A stretch of DNA of 64,000 nucleotides from Geosiphon pyriformis uo1. Its lineage: Eukaryota; Fungi; Glomeromycota. Every line of letters starts with the position of its first letter. The stretch's first letter is position 1. Position numbers and translations under genes: made by a program. Location: the NCBI GenBank assembly GCA_016748015.1, contig JAAOMT010000352.1:558001-622000 (forward strand). The letters are read 5' to 3'. This document shows, one piece after another, positions 40,195-52,147 of the stretch. The notes under the pieces were generated by a model. It was not told where the DNA came from. It did no database searches and saw nothing but the letters and a program-made list of their open reading frames with translations.

Positions 40195-43139
40195 GCAAAC
40201 AGTTGCTTGATAAAAGAATGTGGAATGACATTCCTGGGCAAAAAGAAATGTACAATGCTTTATGCCAATAGATGATCCTTATCAGCAACTGAGTGAGTTG
40301 TAAAATGCCTATTACTGCAGCCTGGCACCAAGTAATTAATCACTTGAACAGATATCCACATGATGAGGATGAGATCTGGCATATAGCCAATACCAAAATC
40401 GAAGGAGCCATGCCCAGCAAAATCTTAGAAATCAAAAACAATCCACCAAAACCAGTTGACATTATCTTTATCCCAAATTTGGATGCATTTCTTGACATAG
40501 AGACAGGCCCAGAGGAATTTCATGAGCACTACCAGAATTTGGCACTCACTAGAGAAGAGTAAAAACAATGCTTGGAAGAAATAAACACCCAATTATGTGA
40601 CTACTATTTAATTCTATATGACTTCCAGTATTGTAATGAGTGTGATTTTATTTACAATTCACCATCATGCATAATCTACATGATTCCAGAAAAAAAACCA
40701 ATCAACAGCTGTACATCAGAATCGGAATCAAGTTTCAATCCCAATTTAAACTCCGACAACAATGATGAAGAAAATAACAGTTCTAGCTTCACTCAAATTG
40801 GCAACAAAAATATCAACAATTCAGACTCTGATTCAAACCCCGAAATATACATTGCACTTTCTGATCTTTCCAAGAAGCAGGAACTTAAATGGTATAGTGA
40901 CAATAATGAAAATATTATGCCAAAATGTGCACATGATACCAATACAGAGTTTGATCTAAGATATCCAAGAAAAAAAGTCATCAAATTGGAACCAAATTTG
41001 TGCACATATGTTGATTTCAAAATAGCTCTGGAGATTCCAGCAACAACCATGATTTAATTAGCATCTAGAAGTAGTTTAGCAAAAAAAAGAATCAACATTA
41101 GAAGAGGAATAATTAATGCGGAATATGTAGAAAATATTATTATTATGCTACAAAATGACTCAGAAAAAGCCTATATTATAGAGGCAAATGAAAAGATAGC
41201 ACAGGCAATATTCTTATCTCTGGTGAAAATAGCTCAGTTAGTTTTAGTAGAAAAAAGGAAAAAACTAGGTATTACAGTAAGAAGAAAACAGGAATTTGAA
41301 TCAATAAGTAGAATAGATATACCAGTTAATATAACAGAGGAAGAAATTATTGACAGAAAAATTATCTCAACCCATCAATCAATTTCCATTCCACCATATG
41401 ACCAGTATATATTAGCCATAAAAAGAGAAGTAAAAGATCAAGCTCAGTTGTTTGAAGCAGAAGCCACTATTTGTGAATCAGGAGAGATTGGACTCACTAA
41501 TCTCTACATATTAGCCAAAAGCCCAAAAAACATCAAAATTCTCATCTACAATACAATGAGAAGAGTCATTAAAATACCAAAAAGAACCATCATTGGATAT
41601 TTAACCACAGAAGTTGAGGATCAACAGCCAAACCACATTCTAGATTTTCCACAGCTGTGTGAATATGTGGACATCACATCACAAATCATTTACAGACAAA
41701 GCAAATCTTATCTGCTCTAATCAGAACAATTGGAACAAATGAACCTGGAAAATCTAGACCCACTTTAACAGATGCAACTAAAAATGTTACTTAACAATTT
41801 TAATGACATCTTTGCTAGCAAAAACAAATTTGGCAGAACCAACATTATCCAGCATCAGATCAAGACTGGAGATGTAATGCCAATCAAACAGAGAGCATAC
41901 AGGATACCACCAGCTAGCCATGAAATTATTTGTCAAGAAATCAATCAGATGCTTGACAACAGGTTAATTCAGCCATCAATAAGTCTATGGTCATTACCAG
42001 TGGTACTAATCCAGAAGAAGAATGAAAAGATCTGCTTTTGTATAGACTACTGAAAACTGAATGGAGTAACCAAAGGAGATAGCTACCCAACTCCAAAGAT
42101 TCAAAAATTGTTTGACGCTTTTGGCAGAATGAAATGGTTTTCAACTTTGGACTTAGACAGTGGTTACTGGCAAGTAGCCATGAAGTCGGAAGATAAAGAG
42201 AAAATGGCTTTCACAACACAAGAAGGGAATTTTGAATCCGAAGTAATGTCATTTGGCTTAATGAATGCTCCAGCCACATTTCAATGACTTATGGAAATTG
42301 TCTATACTGAACTGCTATGAAAATCAGTAGTCATATACTTGGATAATACCAATGTGTTCTCAAAAACATTCGATGATTATCTACATCATCTCCAACAAGT
42401 CTTTGAAAGACTTAGAAGAGCAGGATTGAAACTAAATACAACTAAGTGTTTCTTTGGAAAAACTGAACTCAAGTTTTTGGAACATGTTGTAAGCAAAGAT
42501 GGTATCAAAATGGATCCAAATAAGATTGCAATAGTAAAGAACTTTCTAGTACCAACCAATCTGACAGAACTAAGAGCATTTTTGGAATTCACAGACTACT
42601 ATTGTCGTTTTATCAAGAACTTTTCTAAACTGGCTCAGCCACTTTATCATTTACAAACTAAGAATGTTAAGTATGAATAGACAGAAGCTCAACAAAAAGC
42701 ATTCAACATACTGAGACAAAAGCTTATTTAAGCTTTAGTATTAATGTATTCAAATCACAGCAAACCATTTATCATCACCACCAATGCATTAGGCCAAGCA
42801 TTAGGAGCCGTACTATTACAAAAAGGACCAGATAAAAGAAAACATCTAGTAGCTTATACCAGTAGAAGCTTAAGCCCAGCTGAAAAGAACTATAAAACTT
42901 TAGCACTAAGACACTTAGCAATCTATTGGGCTGTCACCAAATAAAAAGAATACTTGAGCCAAAAGTTTGATGTGTATACTAACCACAAAGGATTGATTTC
43001 AATTCAGAAGCAAAAATTTGGAGATAATTGTCATGCAAGATAGAAAATAGCACTATTACCATATACATTTACAGTATATTATAAAAAGAGAAAAGACAAT
43101 AGAAATGCCAACAGTTTGTTGTGAATGAGACAAATCTAA
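40195..43139 (+). pseudogene. Element B Cys-rich region - dUTPase - RT - RNase H
   Basis: Continues CLTCGEQLLD across C; dUTPase ~40918-41310; LDLDSGYWQ, YLDN; stop TAA 43137-39. Confidence 0.88.
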
Positions 43140-43169
43140 AAACATTTCAACCCAAAAATATAACAAAAG

Positions 43170-44546
43170 ATGAACACACAAAATTACAAACAACTCTAAT
43201 ATTATATAAATACCCAATTGTTCAAGGAGAAATTATCTTAAAAAGAACAAAACAACATAAAACAGCAATCAAAATATTTTATCAATCATCAAAATATACT
43301 TTACTGAAAAAACAGAAGAAATCCAAATCAACCAACCAAAGTAATTACAGAATCAAAAAAAGAGACAATATTGTTTAACATGCACTCAGATCCAACAGCA
43401 AAACATTTTCATAAAGAAACAACAATAGAAAAAACCAAAAAAAGATATTATTGGCCATTAATATATCCAGACATTATCTAATATGTTCAAAATTGTGATG
43501 CTTGTTAAAGAAAAAGAGGAATAAGACCAAGTGAATCATTGAGACCAATTAAAGTAAGACAACTATTTAATCAAATTGAAATTGACTTAGTTGAACTATT
43601 AACAATCACTAGCAGAGACAACAGATATATTACAATAGCCATGGATTATTTTACTAAATGGCCAGAAGCAAAAGCCATTCAAAGAGCAGATGCAGAATCC
43701 ATTGCCAAATTCATCCATTAAGACTTGATTTGTCAACATGGATGTCCAAAAAAACTACTATCTGATCAAGAAACTCATTTTGTGAATAGAACATTGACAG
43801 AATTAAGTTAAAGATTTGGAATAAAAAGACCATTATCATCACCATATCATCCACAAACCAATGGACTAGTTGAAAAATTCAATAAAACATTGTGTGAAGC
43901 AATTGCCAAAATCAGTCAAGAAAACCAAGACAAATGAAATTTGTTTATATCATCAGTATTATTTGCTTATCGGACAATGAAACAAGATACTACACAAGCA
44001 ACACTATTTGAATTAGTATATAGTAGAACAGCAACATTACCAATTGAGATAGAGGTCAATACATATCCAACTAAACCAATAACAGAAGCTAATTTCCAAA
44101 AAACATTGTTGAGAAGAACATATGACTTAATGGAAACACTAGAAAACAGATGACAAAAAGCAGCTGATAATATCCAAAAGTCTTAAGAAAAGCAAAAAAA
44201 AAGACACAATAACCAGTTATCAGATAAACCAGTTGAATTCAAGATTGGAGACAAAGTACTTCTACATTGTACCAAAGTGGAAAAACAATGGAATAAAAAA
44301 TTCGACCCCAAATGAAACAAACCATTTCACATAGAAGAAATTCTTAAAAATAGAGCTTATAAATTAAGATGGGACAACAAAATTTTAGCCAAAGCAGCAC
44401 ATGATAATTGTCTAAAACCATATTACCAAATAGCATCATCATCTACCAATAACATTTCACAATTAGGAGTACAATGAATACTAGTTTAACCAGATAAGAT
44501 TTCACAAGATCTGGAACCAATCATAATCATTGGACCAAACATGTAA
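43170..44546 (+). pseudogene. Element B integrase, separate ORF
   Basis: MNTQNY start; MDYFTKWPEA, YHPQTNGLVE; ends LEPIIIIGPNM*. Confidence 0.87.
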
Positions 44547-44606
44547 AATTAAACAATAAAAGAGTATATAAAGACACAGTATACATAACAAAAGTAACCA
44601 AAAAAA

Positions 44607-45302
44607 ATGGAAATACCAGATCATATTCACACCATAACTCAACAATTATTCCAGATCTTAAGTCAACAATTTTTAGACATAGAAATTATTGTTAACAACC
44701 AAATAATTTGTTATCAAAACACCAAAAGAAAGACAAAAAATACACCATATTAGTGGTTACCAAAGAATGATAAAAACTGGTCAAATAACATAATAGAAAA
44801 AGTGAAGAACACTTTTGGAAAAATACCTATTATGGCACCAACAGAAGAACTTACAAAAAAGAATTGGAAGCAATGAACAAAACAACTTCCAATATCTTAC
44901 TGCTATTACCAATTAGGTCAAAAGTTGAATATTCAAGAGTTGTATATCAACAAATCCAAGAGAATATTTAACCAAAACATAATACAGCAAATTGAAGAAT
45001 TTATTGGAAAGAAGACAAACTCAACACTACATGTTAGAACAATTTACCGACTGCACAACATATTTCAGAACTATCCAGAAATATTGTTACACTTCAACAT
45101 GGAAACCATAACCATTAACCAATAGAGAAGAATAAACAATAGACAAGTAGAAGACGTAAAAAATAGAGTCGAACAAACAATACTAGAAAAAGAAGTATTA
45201 GAGCTAATTCAAAATAAGATTTTGATAGAGCTCAATATTAAAAAGGAGAAGATAATGTTACTTATAAAAAGAAACAGATATAGGAAAATAGGAGACCAAT
45301 AA
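44607..45302 (+). pseudogene. Element B ORF3, unknown ~231-aa protein overlapping PPT and 3' LTR
   Basis: ATG 44607, one frame to TAA 45302, three internal stops explicable by transitions. Confidence 0.78.
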
Positions 45303-46056
45303 GTGAATAGTATTTAGCATGTGAACACATTGCTCAGCAATGTGGAGCAATGTCAAAAATCATGGCACATTGCTCAAAGAAATTATAGCACATTACTTGA
45401 GAATGTAAGCAATCTCGTAAAACATCAATTATGTATATATAGTGGTAGCATTAGAAGTAGAAAAAGCAGAATTCTTCCATTAAAGACCTCCCAGTTTAGA
45501 TTTCATCTAAACAACCTTCTAATTTACAAATATCAATAAATAATTATTCACTATCTCAATTCACTCTCCACTATCAACACTTCATGTTGATAGTAATTGA
45601 TACTTAATCATGCTAGAACAATAGCTCTTGATTACAGCTATTGACAGAATACTAACTTGTAATTGCTTTTACTTGTTCCTTTATTTTCTTTTATTTTCTT
45701 TTATTTTTTTTTGTTATTTTTCTTTGGTTTTACTAAATTGATTAAGGATTAAGCACTGAGATACAGACATCATAGGGACTGGTAAAAGACCCATGAAACA
45801 AGAGTAAAACACTTATAGATTTGAGAATAGCTTACTAGGAGGATTACTGGTCACCACATTAAGAAAAAAATTTGACAGAATTGTGATTCCGGGAGGCTAC
45901 TGAAAACAACTATTAAATCTCTGTTCATTATACAAAGAACTCTGCAACAAACCTTCAGATCAACAAAACCTTCAGATATTAACACCAGAATACCAATTAA
46001 GCACCAAGTTACAGGTTTGTTATTTGATTTGAGACCCCAAATAATTATCTGTAATA
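45256..46056 (+). repeat. Element B 3' LTR
   Basis: Preceded by PPT aaaaaggagaag; matches 26082-26871. Confidence 0.92.
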
Positions 46057-46220
46057 ACGGAATTGGTTATTTTACTCATAAGCCCAGCAGTTCAAATTAT
46101 AAAAAATAATTTAAAGATAAATTCAGTTATTGAAGGTCCAACTACTTCTTGAGAACATGAATTCACAGCAAATCAACATTAACAATATTTAAGAAAAGAG
46201 ACCAAAAACCTCTAATAACA
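46057..46220 (+). repeat. Element A 3' LTR, right remnant
   Basis: Matches ~17172-17335 and ends ...taataaca. Confidence 0.9.
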
Positions 46221-48026
46221 ACATTATAAAACACAACTGATTTCTTCAAAAACTTGTTTGAAAAACACTCCATAAAATGTCCCCAGCCCATCAGCATCCA
46301 CATTTTTTAACTTGAATTTCCAGCAATCTTTATTAGCATGTCTACATATGTTATCCAAATATACATCCAAAAGACCACTCAAGCCCACTGAGACCAAAAC
46401 AGCTTTGTAATTAGTGTCAAAAAACTCAGACACAGATTTCACTCTGTGGCCAGCTACAGCCAAGATCAGGCATTTACTAACAAAGATGTGATCAATGACT
46501 TTCTCAATGCCTTTTGAGTTGCTCCATATAGAAGCTCTAGCCAAAAAATGTCCACCAAAAGAATTGATCAAACCAAGACCTAAACAGAATTCAAAACTTG
46601 CACTCTTCATAGACTTGTTCTTATTGAAATTACTGCCCAAAACAATAAAATTACTGGAATTGACCACCTGACCTATGAAAAAATTAATACCAGGTATCTG
46701 TTTAAACTGATCACCAAAAGAGGCACAAGTATATAAACCAATAATTAAGACCGAAACCTTGCTTTTGAAAAGGAGATGCACTAAAATAACATGACCAGAA
46801 ATCTCTTCTACCTTAGAAACATGTTAAGCCAGAGAATTTTTCATAACTATTGCTATTCCAGCCCCAAAAAATCTATTATTTAGGCCAGATGTGAAAATAT
46901 GCACTCCATCAAATTTTCTCATAATTTATGGTCTAACATTAGATCTTAATTTTGTTTTTGTAACAATAGAAACCATATTTTCAGACTCTTTGTGCCAATA
47001 AACAATATTTTTCTGCTTAACAGGAACATTAAGACTTCAAATATTACACATAGCAAACTTCTATGCTAGCTTTATCATTGAGAAAAAAAAGCAATAAGAA
47101 CCAAACCAGCATTGTCCATTTTGGCCAAAAGACTTATAACCATAATTGCAAGATTGTTTAAAGTGTCTTCCATTTTCTCAATAACAGAAGAATTGAAAAT
47201 TACTGCCTCTGCAACAGTCTTACCACCAGTGACCACACTTGAACTCTCACTCATCACTATATTCACTTCTTGATTCTGTGATAAAGAGTTTACCAATGGC
47301 TGACATTTAGAGCTAAGCTGGAAAACCATTGGTTCAGATGCTTCCAATCTCTTAGCCAGCATATTAACATGCTCTGCAAGGCTGGTAAAACTGCACTCAA
47401 GAGTGGCAAACCTATCATTGATTTCTATTGCAACCAGTAGGGATGGCTTTATTCCTGAAGAAGAGCCAATATTTAGTGAAACAATCTGGCCAGAGAGAAA
47501 GGAAAAAGAAAACTTACTAGTTATCTTAGTTCAAGAAAGACTACCAAAAGAAACAGGATAAGCAACTGAAGCAGATTGTTTGGCATATATTGCAGCCAGT
47601 CTGTTTTTATCTGTATCTGAAAGCATTTTATGCAATAAGCTACCAGAAGAAACTTTCTTATCTCCAGTATAACTTAATAATATATGATCTGACTTCTCAC
47701 ATTTGGCACATCTGGCAGATATAAGATTAGACCAATGTAAATTAGTGCCTCTGAGCACTGGTGTGGTTTCCATGGTAGTATTTAATAACTCAGCAGAATT
47801 AAAACAAACAACAGCACACTTGACCCAAGCATATATAACTAGATGATGATTAATGATGCATGTTTTCTCATTCACAGATCTAATAAAGTCCCAGATATCA
47901 TAAGCATTAGTTCCTATTGGCAGTATATAGAGCAGTGTTCTATGATGATCTCTTGTATCTCATAATTCTTTGTCTGAATCAGCCCTAACAACACACATGG
48001 CATTCTTCTTAATTAAGATAGACTAC
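46221..48026 (-). mobile_element. LINE-b middle segment (ORF2 APE endonuclease + ORF1 C-terminal half)
   Basis: APE motifs (LGSNFN, VIDHIF); ORF2 ATG at 47078 overlaps ORF1 TGA; CAKCEKSDH knuckle. Confidence 0.88.
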
Positions 48027-48931
48027 TGTTACTTATAAAATATAAGAAGTATATTAACATATAAATTAGCCAATTGGAAGTAGCCATAGTAAATGTGGAA
48101 TTCCAGGATTCCTTTCAAGAGGAATTGCAGGATTCTAAGAATTTCAGGATTCTCATATAAAAAATCACAGAATTCCAGAATTTCAGGATTTTTTTCAAAG
48201 GGAATTGCAGGATTCCAGGAATTCTAGGATTTCTGGTGTGAAAAATTGAGGAATTCAAGAAATCTTGTACAATGAAATTTATGTATATATAGCAGTAGTA
48301 TCAAATGCTAGGAAATTAGTCAGGAAGATTAAGAGTTAGTAGGACTTTCAGAGTTAATTAAACTTGCAAGTTATAATTATTAGAATTTCTTAGTTAGAGA
48401 CCTCTTAGTTTAGATTTAATCTAAGCAACCTTCCATATCACAATAAATAATTATTCAATATCTCAAAATCTTTTTTCCACTATTAACACTTTATGTTGAT
48501 AGTAATTGATATTTGACCACACTAGAACAATAGCTCTTGATCACAGCTATTGACAGGATACTAACATTTATTGCCTTGGCTTATTTCTTTATTTCTTTTG
48601 TTGTGTTTACTAATTGATTAAAAATTAAGCACTGAATTACTAACATCAAGAATTGCCTGGTAAAAGACTCCTGCAAGTAAGTAGAACATGTAAAAGAAAT
48701 TATGGATTACTTACCAGAGGATTGCCAGCTATCATGCTGAGAAAAAAATTAACAGAATTGCAATTCTGGGAAGCTACAAATAACAATTGTTGAATCTCTG
48801 TTTATTATACAAAAAACTCTACCAAAACCTTCAGAGTCATAACACTTTCAGCAACCAATATCAATCAAGTCATTGAGCACTAGATTATGGGTTTGTATTT
48901 GATTTGAGACCCCAAATAATCACTTGTAATA
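48027..48931 (+). mobile_element. Solo LTR D (related to B/C/E) inserted in LINE-b ORF1
   Basis: TGTTA...GTAATA termini; TSD ctac/ccac; removal restores AKWSILIK; U3 has GGAATT(C/G)CAGGATT repeats. Confidence 0.9.
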
Positions 48932-49940
48932 CCACTTAGCTGCAACCAAATTAGCATGATCCAATTGCTCAAATTTTACTACTGCTTTCTGCTACAGCCC
49001 TACTAATTGCATCTTAATTGACTTAATCATTCCAAACTTGGATAGTGCAGCATGCACAGCCTTAGCCAATGTTTCAACAGGAATTTCTTTTACTATCACA
49101 GCCCAATCTGAACAACTAGACAATCTCTTGAGATTAGTGTTTACCAAAATATTTGCTGCTCTTGTCTTTTCTGTAGTCTGTGCCAAACTGGATTTGAAAA
49201 TAAAAGAAGCACAGATGATCTTTGAGAATTTTGAGGGAGTAAAGGCCCTCTTAAAACCATTAACTTTCAAAAATAATTTTTTGACCATTACCAACTTTTC
49301 CTGAGAAGATTTTCCAACCATTTTATCCAGCTCAATATTCATAACAAAAAATTTCCAAACAGAAACATTGACCAAATTTTTCAAAAAAAGAGGAAGAACT
49401 ACAGAAGTATTTGAAAGAATGTTATCATTATCAACATTATCCAAGAAGTTGATTCTTTCCAATGGCTTATCCAGAGCTTTTTTGGTTATCAATCTCAGAC
49501 CCTTTGGTGTTTGATTAGAATTATCTTCCATAAACAAACTCCTTTCACCATAATTCACACTGGTTTTCTTTATCAAACACTTCTCTTCCATATCAACACT
49601 ATTGGATTCAGTAGTATTACCAGCTTCAGACTTCCAAAAACCACCAACAGTCTTTTCAGACAAGACAAGTTTACTAATAGCACCATTCTTCAAAACACCA
49701 TCTTTTCTCTTTTTTCTAGAAGCAATATCTTTTTTAATATTTTCTTTACTATTAACAGGACAAAAGCTTTTAACAGACTTTTTTATTACAGCAATACTAC
49801 AACCAACAGTGGTTTCATAATTAAGCAAAAAAGATTTGGATTTATTGTACTAAATTGTAAAAAACTTTTTTTAGAAAAAAACTTTTGACTTTTTTTTTGG
49901 GAATTTTGGACAAAGAAAAGAAAAAAGTTTTTTTTTTTTA
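48932..49940 (-). mobile_element. LINE-b 5' segment (ORF1 N-terminus + 5' UTR)
   Basis: ORF 48992-49828 is homologous to LINE-a ORF1 (TPSKF..II, IKSIKMQLVGL); UTR motif at ~49860-49930. Confidence 0.85.
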
Positions 49941-49949
49941 AAAAAAAAT

Positions 49950-51880
49950 ATTATGTATTTTATAATTAATAAATTAATTAATAAATTTGACATCATAATA
50001 TTAAATACAAAATTGAAATATATTTTAAAAATTCGAATAAAAATTTATGTATTTTTCTTAATAATATTGTTTTTTTACAAGAATTAAGCTTAAAGTTGTA
50101 ATTTTAATATTGTTAAATATGTTTATTAATTCAAATTATATTATAAATATAAAAACATAAATTATTTTAATCATATTTACAAATATAATTATAATAAAAA
50201 AACCAGAATTAAAATATTTATATAATATTGTAATTATAAAAAATAAATTAATATAAAATAAATTTGTATAATAATATCTTTAATAATATTTTTTAAAATA
50301 AAAATTTGGTATTTAGAAAATAATATAAAAAATTTATTACTTAAAAAAACAGATAAAACAATTAAAGAATGTAAAAAAAATTGAATTAATAAAGATAAAA
50401 GAATGAATATATATCACATTATTATTAATTATTATAAAACTATTTTTTCTTTCTTAGTAAAGTATACAATCAAACATTCTATAATAATATTATCTTATAT
50501 TATAATAATATGCTATTCATAATACATAATTATAAATACATGTACTATAAATATATGGCATAATATGATCAAACTTGTATAATAAATATGATTAAACTTA
50601 TAATCAAAATTATTATAAAAATATATTAGTCTAAATATCTCAACTTATTGTATTTTCTTATTTATATAAAAATAATTATGAATTTGTGTTTTTTATCTTC
50701 TAATCTAATGTGTTTTTTATCTTCTAATTTAACATGTCTTTTATTTTCTAATCTAGTGCATCTTTTATTCACATTTTTTATTTTTTTATTTATTATATCT
50801 TTAATATTGTATTTTTGATTTTATTGCTAAACTCTCTTAATATGCAAGTTTTCCTAACTACACTATAATACATTAAGTTTTATATTTATAAAACTCCCAC
50901 AAATTAACACTAGAGATTTTGCAATAGTTATATAATAAATACAAAAAATCCAGTATATTAAAAGTTTAATTTATGTATCATAAATTAAACTGTATTTCTA
51001 TATTCTAATTGGCTAATAAATTATGTACTATTTAAAATTGTAAGATTTTAACATTTTTATATTCTAATTGACTAATAAAAATCCAAAATTACATGCTATA
51101 TAAAATCATGTAAGACATAAAATTTTGAATTTCTTTTCTCCCTCTCTTTTATAATAACATAATATATAATCATTTTTTAACTTAATTTACAATAAAATAA
51201 TACTTGTAAACTTGCTATTTGCTAAAATTTGTCTTAATTTAGAAAATATAAAAAGTATTAAAATTAAAAAATATTATAAACAATTGTATAATATAAATTT
51301 AAATAAGATTTTGTAATAGATTTAATTAACTTAATAATTAATTATGTATAAAAACAAAATATTTTTTTTATGACAATTTTTTAAATACCTATTTTTTTTA
51401 AATATATAAATATAGTTGGTTTTAAAAATATCTACTTATAAAAAGACTATTATAATAATAATTAAAATAATTTTATGTTTTTAATTTTAAAGTTTTTTTA
51501 ATAATATTTAATATAATTTAATTGTGTTTTTTAAAAAATTATATATATATTGAACAATAAATAATGGTTTATTATGTATAAAAAGTACATAAACTATATT
51601 TAATATAGAACATATAATTGTTAAATATATTTAAATACTGGCTGAATAAATATTTTGTTTTTAATTAGGTTTTTAATAAATAATTAAATTTTTTGTTTAC
51701 TTTTTATAATTTTTTATTTTGTAAAATCAATCAAAAAAACATAAATAATTTTTTCAATGTTTAATCTTTATATAAAAAAATTTTTGAATTTTTAAGTTAA
51801 TTATGAAAACTTTTAAAATTTCAATTCTTGAATCTTCTAATAACATTAAATATAAATTGCGAAAATGTGATTTTTGATAA
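49950..51880. repeat. AT-rich decayed spacer with a ~24-bp tandem repeat at ~50685-50770
   Basis: tgtgttttttatcttctaatctaa repeated 3-4 times; no ORFs. Confidence 0.5.
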
Positions 51881-52147
51881 GTTTCGTAAATTAACTGGTG
51901 ATTGCCAGTATGAGAAACTTCAAGGAAACTTGGTGCATATATTTAATGTCCATTAGCTTCCTATTTCCCGGTAAAGGGCAGCGTAAAAATAATCAGACTT
52001 CAAAATTGGGACCAAAAATCTGAGAAATTCGATTTTCATCTAGCCGCTGAGCAGTCTAATTAAAAATCTAAACCCTTCTAATTCTATTCAAATAAAGTTA
52101 ATGGGAATTTTTGTAGGCATGAAAATGCCTCGTTTCTTTGTTATTGG

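Larger units (their letters stand above)
26082..46056 (+). mobile_element. Ty3/Gypsy-type LTR retrotransposon B (C nested inside)
   Basis: LTRs 26082-26871 and 45256-46056; TSD atgg (26078-81)/acgg (46057-60); the A LTR resumes at 46061. Confidence 0.92.
16367..46220 (+). mobile_element. Ty3/Gypsy-type LTR retrotransposon A (own sequence 16367-26081 + 46057-46220; B and C nested in its 3' LTR)
   Basis: TGTTACC...TAACA termini; 4-bp TSD gcat (16363-66)/acat (46221-24). Removing it restores the LINE-b frame (WGHFMECFSNKFLKKSVVFYNAKHNGNLDAMW), colinear with LINE-a. Confidence 0.92.

Noticed and set aside
45740-46056. Coding exon inside the LTR U5 spliced (CAG|GTTTGT) over the PBS to the gag leader
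   Set aside because: The apparent frame is not conserved between the B and C LTRs and the splice phases disagree.
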